A stretch of 64,000 nt of DNA from Alphaproteobacteria bacterium (GCA_965228895.1 OZ245842.1:5248001-5312000), one strand, 5' to 3'. Positions 39,222 to 49,528 are shown, numbered from the stretch's first letter. Numbers and translations are program-made. The notes: generated by a model from the letters alone, not told the origin.

Positions 39222-40909
39222 TCGACTGCCAACTCCTGAAGCGCTTCAACCAATTCCTGCTCCTTACCGAAGTATCGCACACGGTCGTAGAAATTCGGCC
39301 GCAAGCCCGTGTACTTGTGGCGGCCCACGATACGACCGTCATTCGTCTCGCCTTCGAAGTCGAAAACGATGATGTCCTGCAAGGTGATGACATCACCTTC
39401 CATGCCGATCACTTCGGTGATGTGGGTAATCTTGCGCGAGCCGTCGCGTAAGCGGGTTGCCTGAATAATCACGTTGACGGAGCCGGCAATCTGCTCACGC
39501 ACGGTCTTGGCGGGTAGGCTATAGCCGCTCATCGCGATCATGTTTTCAATACGGCTAAGACATTCGCGCGGGTTGTTGGCGTGGATCGTGCCCATCGAAC
39601 CGTCATGGCCGGTGTTCATGGCCTGCAGCAGGTCGAAGGCCTCCTTGCCACGAACCTCGCCGACGATAATGCGTTCGGGCCGCATACGCAGGCAGTTCTT
39701 GACCAGGTCCGTCATCGTGACCTCGCCGATGCCTTCCAGGTTCGGCGGGCGTGTTTCCAGACGCACGACATGCGGCTGCTGCAATTGCAGCTCAGCAGCA
39801 TCCTCGCACGTGATGATACGTTCATCACCGGCGATGTAACGTGTCAGGCAGTTCAGCAGCGTCGTCTTGCCGGAACCCGTGCCACCGGACACCAGTGTGT
39901 TGATACGGCAATGGCCGATCAGTTTGATGATGTTGGCGCCGGCCGGCGAAATCGAATCGAAATCGACCAAATTGTCCAGGGTCAGACGGTCGCGCTTGAA
40001 CTTACGAATTGTGAGGGCGGCACCGTCGATCGCCAGTGGTGGCGCAATGACGTTGACGCGGCTGCCGTCTAGCAAACGCGCGTCGCAGATCGGACTCGCT
40101 TCGTCGACCCGTCGACCGACCGCGCTAACAATGCGCTGACAGATGTTCATGAGTTGCGCGTTGTCGCGGAAACGGATTGGCGTCAGCTCAATCTTGCCGT
40201 CGACCTCGATGTAGATCTTGTTGGGGCCGTTCACCATGATGTCGGCGATATCGTCGCGCGCGATCAGCGGCTCCAGCGGTCCCAGACCCAGAATATCGTT
40301 ACAGATATCCTCGATCAGATGCTGCTGCTCGGCGGCGCTCAGGACCAGAGCCTTCATGCTGACGATTTCGCTGACCACGTCGCCGATTTCTTCGCGCACG
40401 GTGGCGGCGGGCATCTTGGCCAGCTCGGTCAAGTCGACCGATTCGATCAGCGTATTGAAGACGCTGACCTTGGTATCGTTATGGCGCGCTTCCTCTTCCG
40501 GCGTCATCGTCGGCGCCATGCTGGTCGGCGTGACGCCCCGCCAGTCGACTTCCCTTTCCGGCTCGGGCTTCGGTTCTGAATTTGATTTTGTCGACGGTTT
40601 GGCGTTGGGTTTCGCGGGTTTTTCGGCGACCTCCGACGTAACGTCAGCAATCGGCGTCATATCGATGTCGTCGGGCGCATCTGCGGGCGACGTCTCGCTG
40701 GGCAGGCCGTCCGTCATTTCGCCCAACAGAGCGTCGTCAACCGCTTCACGCGCAACAACCTCATCCGTTTCGACGACGGTTAGCGCGGGTTTTGCCTCGA
40801 TAGGTGCAGATTCAGCCTGCACTTTTGGCTTCGGCATGCCACGAGGCTGCTCATCGACAGCCGGTGGTGGCGCCTTCTTATCGGGTGGGCCTTGTCTGCG
40901 ACCAAACAC
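39218..40909 (-). CDS. cpaF: Pilus assembly ATPase CpaF/TadA
   Basis: [31 protein letters not shown]. Confidence 0.96.
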   Translation of the reverse strand: MFGRRQGPPDKKAPPPAVDEQPRGMPKPKVQAESAPIEAKPALTVVETDEVVAREAVDDALLGEMTDGLPSETSPADAPDDIDMTPIADVTSEVAEKPAKPNAKPSTKSNSEPKPEPEREVDWRGVTPTSMAPTMTPEEEARHNDTKVSVFNTLIESVDLTELAKMPAATVREEIGDVVSEIVSMKALVLSAAEQQHLIEDICNDILGLGPLEPLIARDDIADIMVNGPNKIYIEVDGKIELTPIRFRDNAQLMNICQRIVSAVGRRVDEASPICDARLLDGSRVNVIAPPLAIDGAALTIRKFKRDRLTLDNLVDFDSISPAGANIIKLIGHCRINTLVSGGTGSGKTTLLNCLTRYIAGDERIITCEDAAELQLQQPHVVRLETRPPNLEGIGEVTMTDLVKNCLRMRPERIIVGEVRGKEAFDLLQAMNTGHDGSMGTIHANNPRECLSRIENMIAMSGYSLPAKTVREQIAGSVNVIIQATRLRDGSRKITHITEVIGMEGDVITLQDIIVFDFEGETNDGRIVGRHKYTGLRPNFYDRVRYFGKEQELVEALQELAVE

Positions 40910-40921
40910 GTGGTGCTTTCC

Positions 40922-42121
40922 TTAGGCTTTTTCCTTGTTAAACAGGTTCAAGCCCCCCATGCCCCTTTTGCGCTTCTTAAGCGCTGTTGCGGTGCGTCCT
41001 GTAACGAGCATCGCCAATTCCCCGAACACCTCTACTGCCTTATGTTTACCGCTCGCCTCTCCGATCATCTGACCGTTGTTCAGCGCTTCGCCGAACACCG
41101 TGGGATCATGGGGCAAGACAGCAACTGGCTTGCTGCCGACAGCTTCCTCAAACTCTTTCACCGGCACTTCCGTCTTCTTCGACGCGCCGGCGTGGTTCAG
41201 CACAACACGCACTTTGCTGTCCTCACCGCGACGTGCCTCCACGGCTTCGACAATGTTCTTTGTGTCGCGTAGTGCTGCCAAATCAAGTGTACCGACAATA
41301 ACAGTTTCGTCGGAATCGACCAACAGCTGCTGCACCCAGGCCGACCACATGTGCGGGATGTCCAGCACGACAAAGGCAGCTTGCTGGCGGACGAAACTTA
41401 AGACTTGTTCAAGCGCATCGCCGTCAATATCCGCGACGTTGCCGAGAGATGAGCGCGATCCAAGAATACCGACATGTTCGTTGTGCTGCAGAACAAACCG
41501 CTGATAGAGCTGTTCATCGACACGTTCAGGTGCGGCCAGCATGTCTTCGATGCCTTGGCTTACTTCTTGGTTGTAGGCAAAGGCGGCCGTGCCAAAACAA
41601 AGGTCAAGGTCGACGACGACGACGTCCTCGTTCAGGTCGTTGCCAATCGACCACGCGACGTTGTGCGCGACCGTACTCGACCCGACACCACCTTCGGCGC
41701 CGAAGACGGCAATTGTCTTGCCCATCATCGGCGCGTTGGGATCGACAAAGATACGCTCGACCGCGTCGATGAATGCTCCGATCGTCAGGGGCCGCAACAG
41801 ATAGTCCGACACACCACTGGTGATCAGCGATCGGTATTGAACGATATCGTTTTGCGCGCCAACCAGAAGCACGTGGGTGCCGGCATCACAGTTTTCCGCG
41901 AGTTGATCGAGCTTGCGCAGGAGATCGTCACCTGAATCCTCAGTTTCCGCGAGAATGAGCTGCGGTGTTGGGGATTCGCCATAATACGCTGTCGCCTCAT
42001 CGAGAGAGCCCTCGAACACGTCAATACGGCTCTTCTGTAGCCGGCGATCCTGAGCTGACCTCTCAACAGTCTCCCGGGTTTCCGGGTCCGTCAGGAACGC
42101 GTTGATGGAAACGCGAAGTAT
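40922..42121 (-). CDS. cpaE: CpaE/TadZ localisation ATPase (apparent ATA start)
   Basis: Receiver-like N-domain and MinD-like GGVGSST; CpaE-like N-terminus extends to an ATA preceded by GAGGAG. Confidence 0.88.
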   Translation of the reverse strand: MLRVSINAFLTDPETRETVERSAQDRRLQKSRIDVFEGSLDEATAYYGESPTPQLILAETEDSGDDLLRKLDQLAENCDAGTHVLLVGAQNDIVQYRSLITSGVSDYLLRPLTIGAFIDAVERIFVDPNAPMMGKTIAVFGAEGGVGSSTVAHNVAWSIGNDLNEDVVVVDLDLCFGTAAFAYNQEVSQGIEDMLAAPERVDEQLYQRFVLQHNEHVGILGSRSSLGNVADIDGDALEQVLSFVRQQAAFVVLDIPHMWSAWVQQLLVDSDETVIVGTLDLAALRDTKNIVEAVEARRGEDSKVRVVLNHAGASKKTEVPVKEFEEAVGSKPVAVLPHDPTVFGEALNNGQMIGEASGKHKAVEVFGELAMLVTGRTATALKKRKRGMGGLNLFNKEKA

Positions 42122-42151
42122 GGTCTGTCTCCTCTTGTTCTCAGTCGGTTG

Positions 42152-42838
42152 CTAGTCGTCTGACGCTACGTCGAGCGCGGCATCTCCGCCGCCCGTGGGC
42201 CAGCTCGCCTGCGGATTCGCGCCGGCCTGGTAAGCCTGAATAATGTTGACTGTGCGCTGGGCATCGCGGGTTGTGAACGTTCTGGATGCAACCAAGTCGC
42301 CGGGATTGGCGACCATGGCGGCTAGGTTGCGCTGGGACGAGCATCCAAAGTTGGACGTGTTTATGTTGTTGTAATCATGGGCCGATTCGGTCTGGAAGTA
42401 ACCGCAATCCGGCGCAATCGCGGTGTGCACCAAATACGAGACGGTCACCTGTCCGTTCATGGCGGCTTGGGGATCAACACCGACAAGCACTTCGCTCTTC
42501 GCCAAGCTATGCTCAAGCGCGCGGCGTTGAATCTCGCTTGCCAAGTTGGAGTGTTCCAGTGCGCTGCCAGGCATGACGATGAGGATCGGCTTCTGCCCGT
42601 TGGCCAGATAGTCGCTGACCATCATGTCGAGCTGCACAAGTTCGTCCAACGACAGTGTGCCGGTGTCAGTGCCAACAAAGTTGGCCTGAACCAGGTCGCT
42701 TTCAACGCGTATCGGATACTTGGCGCGATAGTCATAATCCGTGAGATTGATGTCTGAGTCTGAATACTGACACGCACCGAGCCCGGCGACGAAGACGGCC
42801 GTCACAACATGGCGCAGAAAGGGGCGAATCTTTGTCAT
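42152..42838 (-). CDS. cpaD: CpaD lipoprotein
   Basis: LGAC lipobox, NFGCSSQRNLAAMVANPGDL. Confidence 0.92.
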   Translation of the reverse strand: MTKIRPFLRHVVTAVFVAGLGACQYSDSDINLTDYDYRAKYPIRVESDLVQANFVGTDTGTLSLDELVQLDMMVSDYLANGQKPILIVMPGSALEHSNLASEIQRRALEHSLAKSEVLVGVDPQAAMNGQVTVSYLVHTAIAPDCGYFQTESAHDYNNINTSNFGCSSQRNLAAMVANPGDLVASRTFTTRDAQRTVNIIQAYQAGANPQASWPTGGGDAALDVASDD

Positions 42839-42848
42839 CTGAATCCTT

Positions 42849-44249
42849 CTACTCCACGATGAAACCGATGGGCCCAGCAATTTCCTCGCCAGTCGGGGTC
42901 GGCAAACGCTCGGAATAGACTGCGTTGATCCGCCCTAGGAAATACATTTCAAGGTCAGTTGCCGGTACCAAGCCATCGGTCGGAAAGGCCGCCTCACTCT
43001 CTTCAATCGGCCGTACCAGATAGGGCGTTACCAGGACCACAAGCTCTGTTTCATCGCGCTGAAAATTGGTGCTGCGGAACAGCGTGCCCAGGACCGGAAT
43101 ATCCTTCAACCCGGGCAGACCCTGAATCGTCGCGTTGATGTCGTTCTGCAGCAGACCGGCAATTACTAGGCTTCCGCCCGACGGCAGGTCGACAGATGTG
43201 TTGGCACGACGGACCACAAGGCTCGGGATGTTGAATCCTTGAATAGTCACCGCGTCTTCCTGACTGGTCGCCGAAACCTCAGCATTGACGCGCAGGCTGA
43301 TCCGCCCATCGCTTAGCACAACCGGCGTGAATTGAAGTGTCACACCAAAGGGCCGAAACTCGATCGTCACCTGGTTGTTCTGGCCGGGCACCGGAATCGG
43401 GAATTCGCCGCCGACCAGAACACTCGCCGGCTCGCCGGAGATCGCAGTCACGCTGGGCTCCGCCAGAATTCGAACCAGATTGTTCTGCTCAAGCGCGTTA
43501 ATCGACGTATCAATGTTGTTGTTGGCGCCACCCTTGAACAGATCAAGCGTGCCGAACGTATTGGCGGACGGACCAAGGCCGGTCGCCAGACCGAACAAGA
43601 AGTTGCCTGAACTCAGATTGAGGTTGGTGTCGAAGCCGAACTCCTTGACCGCCTGACGGTTGACCTCGGCAAAGCGCACCTTAAGCAGAACCTGCTGTTC
43701 GTTACGGATCGTCAGCATATTGACGATGTTGTCATCGGGTACAAAACGCAGCGCGATCTGCTCAGCGCTTGCCGCGACCTCAGGTGTCGAAACCGTCCCA
43801 GTCAGTGCAACGTTGTCGTTGACCGCAACGACGTCGATGCTCTCGTCGGGAATAAGAATGTTGAGCGTCTCGTTCAGTTCCAAAAGATCGATCCCGACCG
43901 AGACATCCAGCCGCGCGATCTGTTGGCCCGCAGCGTTAAGGAACAAGACGTTCGTCGTGCCGATCTCATTGCCGATCAAATACGCCAGTCGCGGTGTCTT
44001 CAAAATGATGTCGGCAACTTCGGCATTGGAGGCCAACACGTCACGCGCATCGACCGGCAAGCTAACCAGCCTTGCCTTGTTCAGCGGCAGACCAACCCGG
44101 ATAAGCGAATCACCGGCTTGCTGAATGACAACCGCGTCTGTCGACTGCCCGTCGATCTGTTCGGCGCGGGCCGAGCCGATGGCGATAGCCAACGCCAACG
44201 CCGCGATCAACGATAGGGATGGAAAGATGGTGAGGAGACGTTCGCGCAT
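42849..44249 (-). CDS. cpaC: Secretin CpaC/RcpA
   Basis: GGEFPIP, PGLKDIPVLGTLFRS, ETELVVLVTPYLV. Confidence 0.95.
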   Translation of the reverse strand: MRERLLTIFPSLSLIAALALAIAIGSARAEQIDGQSTDAVVIQQAGDSLIRVGLPLNKARLVSLPVDARDVLASNAEVADIILKTPRLAYLIGNEIGTTNVLFLNAAGQQIARLDVSVGIDLLELNETLNILIPDESIDVVAVNDNVALTGTVSTPEVAASAEQIALRFVPDDNIVNMLTIRNEQQVLLKVRFAEVNRQAVKEFGFDTNLNLSSGNFLFGLATGLGPSANTFGTLDLFKGGANNNIDTSINALEQNNLVRILAEPSVTAISGEPASVLVGGEFPIPVPGQNNQVTIEFRPFGVTLQFTPVVLSDGRISLRVNAEVSATSQEDAVTIQGFNIPSLVVRRANTSVDLPSGGSLVIAGLLQNDINATIQGLPGLKDIPVLGTLFRSTNFQRDETELVVLVTPYLVRPIEESEAAFPTDGLVPATDLEMYFLGRINAVYSERLPTPTGEEIAGPIGFIVE

Positions 44250-44274
44250 ACGTATCTAAGATCCCTCTAGGAGG

Positions 44275-45888
44275 TCATCCCCCTGAGCCGGAAAAGTTGA
44301 GGTCCTGCGGTATTGTCGAGCGATAAATCCGAACTTGTCCGCTGTCGCCGCCGATGGGGTCGTCGAGAATCAGGACACTGTCGTTGGTGTCAAAGCCTTT
44401 TGGTGGTGGCGGCAAAGTAAGGCCATACAGAAGGTCGACCATCGAACGACTCGCCTGAAAGTCAGACGTGTAACCTGCCAGCCTCGTATCGTCGCCGGGT
44501 TCGTCGCCGCGCAAGACCAGTGTCAGTGTACCTTCGGTCAGAGCTAGCGCGATGAGTTCTGCTTCTGCCGGCGTCACTTCAAGTGTTGCACTCGCGCTCT
44601 CTGGATCGATTGCTGGCACGCCGGTCATTGGGCTATGGACGCGCTCGATGTGCAGGACGCGGACGTTCTCCAACAGCATTTCGCTGAACCGGCGCGGGTC
44701 CTTGACCGGATCTTCGGACTCGTCCTCGAGTTCGAGGTTGTAGATCACATCGACACGCGCGCCGGGCATGATGAAACCCGAAACGCCGCGCGTCTCGTCG
44801 ACCGGAACGGTGATGGCGCGCATACCAGGCTCCAGTGCGGTCTCTATGTACCGATCCTCTGACGGCAGGAGCAATTCACCAGGTGTAATCGGTTGTCCGG
44901 CCTTGATATCCGTCATCAACAAACCGCTACGCAGGGCGTCGGGATCGCCATCGCCTTCAACAATCCAGTTAAACTGAATCTGATCTGACGGCATGCTGAC
45001 CCACTGCCAGTCCTGATTGTTAAGCACAGTGCCTTCGTTCAGATCTCTGCTGGCGACCAGAACGCGGCTGCCACCTGGCATGTTTCGGCCCAGGTAGCTG
45101 CTCACCATAAAGTCAGGGCTGAAGCTGCGCGGAATCTCGCTGATCTCGCCTTCTACCCGGCTGCGCAGGGACAAACTCAGCGAGCCCATCTGACTGGCGA
45201 CCGCGAGAGCCTGTGCCTGATTTGGGGTGACTTCCAACGTAACGGTCTCAACGACGTCCGCCAAAGTTTCGTTGGCGCCTTCTTCCCCGGTTCCCAGCGA
45301 AACGACCTGGTCGATGGCCAAGACACGGATGTCTTCAAGGGCTGTCTCACTGACCACACGATCAGCGGTGTCGCCGGTCGTCGGATCCTCGGTCGGAATG
45401 TCGAAAACCATCAGAACATCGACCCGGTCGCCGGGCAAAATGAAACCGGCCGCGCCGCTTCGTTCGTTCACGGCAATCGTGACGGCGCGCATCCCGGGCG
45501 TCAGCACGCCGGACAAGAACCCGGCGTCGCCACGATGAAACACCTTCGATGAAATGACGGGTTCGCCGCTGACCATGGCAACGCGGACCGCTGATCCAAC
45601 GAATTCATCGACCTCGGCGCGGCCGTCATCGCTGCCTTTGGTGATGTAATCGGCGCTAACAGCCTGCTCGGGCCAAGGTTGCCAGCGCAGATCGTCGTCG
45701 CGGACAATTCGCCCGATGGGAAGGCTCTGCGCGGCGATCAGGATGTCTACGGTGGTTTCCGAGACCATCTGAGGTTCGACGTTACGGGCCGCCTCTTCGG
45801 TCTCCGACAGAAAGCGGCTAACCAGAAATGCTACGGTGCCGGCGATCGCCAAGGCGACGACGATCAGGATGATCATGATGGGACGCAT
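44275..45888 (-). CDS. cpaB: CpaB/RcpC with two tandem SAF-RcpC modules
   Basis: PGMRAVTI...GFILPGDRVDV and PGMRAITV...GFIMPGARVDV. Confidence 0.92.
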   Translation of the reverse strand: MRPIMIILIVVALAIAGTVAFLVSRFLSETEEAARNVEPQMVSETTVDILIAAQSLPIGRIVRDDDLRWQPWPEQAVSADYITKGSDDGRAEVDEFVGSAVRVAMVSGEPVISSKVFHRGDAGFLSGVLTPGMRAVTIAVNERSGAAGFILPGDRVDVLMVFDIPTEDPTTGDTADRVVSETALEDIRVLAIDQVVSLGTGEEGANETLADVVETVTLEVTPNQAQALAVASQMGSLSLSLRSRVEGEISEIPRSFSPDFMVSSYLGRNMPGGSRVLVASRDLNEGTVLNNQDWQWVSMPSDQIQFNWIVEGDGDPDALRSGLLMTDIKAGQPITPGELLLPSEDRYIETALEPGMRAITVPVDETRGVSGFIMPGARVDVIYNLELEDESEDPVKDPRRFSEMLLENVRVLHIERVHSPMTGVPAIDPESASATLEVTPAEAELIALALTEGTLTLVLRGDEPGDDTRLAGYTSDFQASRSMVDLLYGLTLPPPPKGFDTNDSVLILDDPIGGDSGQVRIYRSTIPQDLNFSGSGG

Positions 45889-46009
45889 TGGGAGAGTCAG
45901 CCGTCCAATAGAATTGTAGGTCTAGTCGCGATTTTGCCCCTATCCATCTAGGTATCTCTCGACTGTCGTTAAGCTACGTCAACCAAACGAGGTACACCAT
46001 TGTGATAGC

Positions 46010-46025
46010 TGTGACCTCAGTCACT
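46010..46025. promoter_or_regulatory. CRP-like box upstream of cpaB
   Basis: TGTGACCTCAGTCACT. Confidence 0.55.
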
Positions 46026-46117
46026 CAGACAGTATGCAACCATTTTTAGTAAACACCCGAAAGCAATATATTGTTACCCACAGCTAATGGCTATGAGTTT
46101 TCCACAAGATATTGGGT

Positions 46118-46669
46118 TCACCCAGGAAAAGCTGTTGAAAAGATCGGCAAGCGAAACCAGACCAACCAACCTGCGATTGCGATAGCGACACCATAAGGCA
46201 GGCCGGAGGATGGGTTGAAAAGTTTGGCAACCCAGCGGGTCTGAAACGTCTGATCGCGTGTCAGTCGGCGGGTCACGAGCAGGGCGGCGGCGATCAAGCC
46301 GCCGGCGAATGCCGTGTAAACCAAGAACGGGACCACCAGCGGCCATCCAACCCAAAGGCTAGCAGCCGCGAGCAGCTTGACATCGCCGCCGCCGATCATG
46401 CCGCGAAAGAAAAGCAGGCTGACGGCCAACAACACGACAAGTCCGACTAAACCGTGCCAGAGCATTGTCGCCAGGTCGGTGCCGGATATCAGAAGCGCGG
46501 GAATGGCGAGCAATGCTAGCCCCAAACAAAGGGTGTTTGGAATTAGGTAACGCAGCACATCGCCGGCGGCGGCCACGCTCAGCAGCGCCGGAAATGCGCA
46601 AGCGATGATGATTACCAAGAGTTGTGGTGCGTCGATTTCCAATGGGTCCTTGGTTGAGGTATGGCGCAC
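46118..46669 (-). CDS. cpaA: Prepilin peptidase CpaA/TadV
   Basis: GGGDVKL, LPYGVAIA; start uncertain. Confidence 0.92.
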   Translation of the reverse strand: MRHTSTKDPLEIDAPQLLVIIIACAFPALLSVAAAGDVLRYLIPNTLCLGLALLAIPALLISGTDLATMLWHGLVGLVVLLAVSLLFFRGMIGGGDVKLLAAASLWVGWPLVVPFLVYTAFAGGLIAAALLVTRRLTRDQTFQTRWVAKLFNPSSGLPYGVAIAIAGWLVWFRLPIFSTAFPG

Positions 46670-46743
46670 TCAAACAATACGCCGAACAGGGTCGATACTC
46701 GCGAAACGAAGTTTATCTGGTTAACAACGTGGTCAAAAAGACA

Positions 46744-46775
46744 GCGAGGGTGCGCGGTTTTCCGCGCACCCTCGC
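46744..46775 (-). terminator. Rho-independent terminator after the pilin gene
   Basis: 14-bp perfect stem GCGAGGGTGCGCGG, followed by a T run on the minus strand. Confidence 0.85.
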
Positions 46776-46805
46776 CACATTCACTAGGCAATAGGGCGGT
46801 TAGGC

Positions 46806-47015
46806 TTAGCTGCCTCCCGCGGCGTTAACGTCTTCCAGAGCGGTCTCGACGCTGGTGAACAAGTTAAAAATCTCTTCGCCCATGGACAGAAGGACGGCGA
46901 TAATCGCGACGGCGATGGCGCCGGCGATCAGGCCATACTCGATAGCGGTAACACCCTCTTCGTCCTTACGAAGCGAGTTGAGCTGAGAAACGGCGTAGGT
47001 GTAAAGCTTAAGCAT
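46806..47015 (-). CDS. flp: Flp/PilA type IV pilin
   Basis: GVTAIEYGLIA motif; GGAGG RBS. Confidence 0.96.
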   Translation of the reverse strand: MLKLYTYAVSQLNSLRKDEEGVTAIEYGLIAGAIAVAIIAVLLSMGEEIFNLFTSVETALEDVNAAGGS

Positions 47016-47124
47016 ATGTCCCTCCTGAGGGATTGGTTTCGCGGAGAGGCTCGCCGGGACGAGCTGACCGCGTAGATCCTGTACCCAAGCTGGGTTGCCC
47101 TCGTGGGGTCACCCAGCGCCCCGG

Positions 47125-47224
47125 TTAATCGAAAGTATTAATTCGAAAGCTTAATAAATCGTTACGTTTGGAAAGGTCGAGAGCTGGATCGCCAACAATC
47201 GCTTCGACTGTGACCGCCGCCACA
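47125..47224. promoter_or_regulatory. Pilin promoter with CtrA-like and CRP-like sites
   Basis: TTAA at 47125, 47138 and 47151; TTAA-N7-TTAC at 47151-47165; TGTGA-N6-CCACA at 47209. Confidence 0.5.
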
Positions 47225-47332
47225 TTTGACTAGCCGAAACACAATTCAAGCTTTGTGAGCCGATATTCTGTTTCAACCTAGGAAGAGGCATTCTTGGCCG
47301 ATTGATCGCCGAATCGACAGCATGGCATGGGC

Positions 47333-47635
47333 TCAGTCGGAGGCCGCAGGATCGCTGTTTTCCTGGTCCTTTTTGTGGTTTAGCGCGCGCCGAAGCCACG
47401 ATTCGATTCGTTCGCGCCGCCTGAGAAGCCAGGGTATGTCCTGCGCCAAAACAATCAGGCCGATCGGCAGCATCCAAAGACCCAAAACCGGGAAAAACCA
47501 CAGAAACCCGCCAAAACACAGCAAGACACCGAGGCCGATACGCAACCACTTCGGTTGGCGCGCGACCCAGGCCTCGAACGTGTCCAGGCCATCAAGCAGT
47601 TTTTGCGGATTTAGGAGGGTCTTGATGTCGGACAT
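47333..47635 (-). CDS. Small membrane protein
   Basis: GGFLWFFPVLGLWMLPIGLIVLAQDIP. Confidence 0.8.
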   Translation of the reverse strand: MSDIKTLLNPQKLLDGLDTFEAWVARQPKWLRIGLGVLLCFGGFLWFFPVLGLWMLPIGLIVLAQDIPWLLRRRERIESWLRRALNHKKDQENSDPAASD

Positions 47636-47753
47636 CGTTTACCGTGGTCTTTCGTCGCCAGCAAATCGGGTTTCACGGCCTGAGTGTCAACCTGCGCTTG
47701 CTTTTCATGGCTGCGCCATGGGATGGAGCACAGGCCGTTTCCTGGAACTTGCC

Positions 47754-48494
47754 ATGTTCTTCGCCGAACTCTTGACCTGGAGTTTAGCCGCTGCTGCCGG
47801 TGTTGCCTTCATGGGCGCCTTGATCAGCGGTTTCGCAGGCTTCGGTCTTAACCTGGTCATGACGCCGATACTGGCCGTCGTGATGAGTCCGGTCGAGGCG
47901 GTGCCGGTGGTGGCGATCCTCGGTCTGGTCAATGCCGCGCGCATGCTGGGTGGCACCTGGCGCTGGATGGACCGGCGCGAGGTCGTCATCATGGGCTTGG
48001 TGTCGGTGTTGACGGTGCCGATCGGCGCCTGGGTTCTCGTTAACGCCGACGCAGTCGTGATGCGCCGCGTCATCGCGGTGGTTGTGATTGTGTTCACGCT
48101 GATCTTGTTGGCCGGCTGGCGTTATCGGGGGGCCAGAACGTCAAAGACCCATGCCGCGATCGGCGCTCTTTCCGGCGTCTTGAACAGCGGTGTCGGTGTC
48201 GGCGGCCCTCCTGTCGTGCTCTACCAGCTCTCGCGCGATGGCGATCCGGCAGTCGGACGCGCCAACTTGGTCGGCTTCTTCACCATCCTGGCGATTGTCA
48301 CCATCACCATGTTCTTCATCAATGGCGCGATGGACAGCATCGCTGTGGGCCGCGCGGCGCTCCTGACCCCGCTCGTCCTTATCGGAACATGGTTTGGCAT
48401 GCGACATTTCAGCACGGCAAGCGCGCCGACCTACCGCCGGATCACGTTGGGTTTTTTGTTGGTTGTCTCGGCCGTGATCGTCGTTTTGGGCTAA
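47754..48494 (+). CDS. TauE/SafE-family exporter
   Basis: GFAGFG, GVGGPP; about 8 TM segments. Confidence 0.88.
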   Translation: MFFAELLTWSLAAAAGVAFMGALISGFAGFGLNLVMTPILAVVMSPVEAVPVVAILGLVNAARMLGGTWRWMDRREVVIMGLVSVLTVPIGAWVLVNADAVVMRRVIAVVVIVFTLILLAGWRYRGARTSKTHAAIGALSGVLNSGVGVGGPPVVLYQLSRDGDPAVGRANLVGFFTILAIVTITMFFINGAMDSIAVGRAALLTPLVLIGTWFGMRHFSTASAPTYRRITLGFLLVVSAVIVVLG

Positions 48495-48614
48495 GTGCTG
48501 ACCATCGGCGTTCGCACGGTCACTGACGCCACGAACACCATTGTAACGTGCCTCGATTTACGATGGGTCGGGTTTCCTGGACGATTATCGATTTCGGCGG
48601 GACGGGGTTGATAC

Positions 48615-48890
48615 CTAAGCGATACGTTTTACGGCAAACGCCAACACGAGCAGGCCAATCACCGCGCCGATGCCTGTGGCGACATAGACGTCAAGGCCAC
48701 CGATCCAGTTGATCAGGCCATAGACCTCCGCGCGCACGGAGCGCGCCTGGTGCTCGGCGGAAAAAAACATCTCGACGATCAGCACGCCAAGCGCGGTCGA
48801 GCCCAAAATCGTGACGACCGGCACCAGGACGGATTTCGTCGTCGCGAAAAAGCTGCCTATGACCTTGAAAACGAACGACATCTCAAACAA
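48615..48890 (-). CDS. Small membrane hypothetical protein
   Basis: Two TM segments, 91 aa. Confidence 0.6.
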   Translation of the reverse strand: MFEMSFVFKVIGSFFATTKSVLVPVVTILGSTALGVLIVEMFFSAEHQARSVRAEVYGLINWIGGLDVYVATGIGAVIGLLVLAFAVKRIA

Positions 48891-48908
48891 CCAGTCAGCG
48901 GAGCCCGC

Positions 48909-49178
48909 TTAGGAGAGCTTCCGCCAAACGTTAAGGTTCATCAGGTAGGAGTCAGACGACACGCCAACGCCGGCAAAGCGGTTTTCGACCATCTTGACGG
49001 TAGGCTCGACGATCAACCCGGCCTTGATCGCATCGTCCATGGCGTCTTGCAGCCGCTTGGCGGCCGTCAGGGCCGCATCGGCCAGCTCGCGATCCGAACG
49101 CCGACGGGTGCTGGAACCGTTAAAACTGACGACATCCGCGCTTGCGGGCATGATTTCGGCGGTCTGGCTCTGTGACAT
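48909..49178 (-). CDS. Hypothetical protein
   Basis: AGGA RBS and ATG at 49178. Confidence 0.65.
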   Translation of the reverse strand: MSQSQTAEIMPASADVVSFNGSSTRRRSDRELADAALTAAKRLQDAMDDAIKAGLIVEPTVKMVENRFAGVGVSSDSYLMNLNVWRKLS

Positions 49179-49528
49179 CCTGATCCTTTCAACTCGCGGC
49201 GCTTCATCAAACGCCGTTTCTAAGCTTGATGACCAATATGGCACGCCTCGATCATGCCCGCCGCTCATGCTGGAAGCCAGGCCGCGCAGGATGTCAGATG
49301 ATGAGATGTTCAAGATAAGGACTATGCAGATCGTCGCCTGAGAACTGCTCAAATTGTCGTCAGGCGCAGTCCGAGCGCTATAGAGAATGGCAGTGCTGCC
49401 TGCGTTGCCGCTTCAGGAAGACCTGGAAATCGATGCAAAACCGCGGTTTGCTGCCGCCGAAATGAGACAAACGGCGCGGTCGGTGGCGCCGTACATGCCC
49501 ATCCATAACCGATGTTTATGGATCCTGA

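Noticed and set aside
42122-42154. CpaD-CpaE readthrough fusion via the in-frame TAG
   Set aside because: CpaD is an exported lipoprotein and CpaE is cytoplasmic; a strong RBS precedes the ATA.
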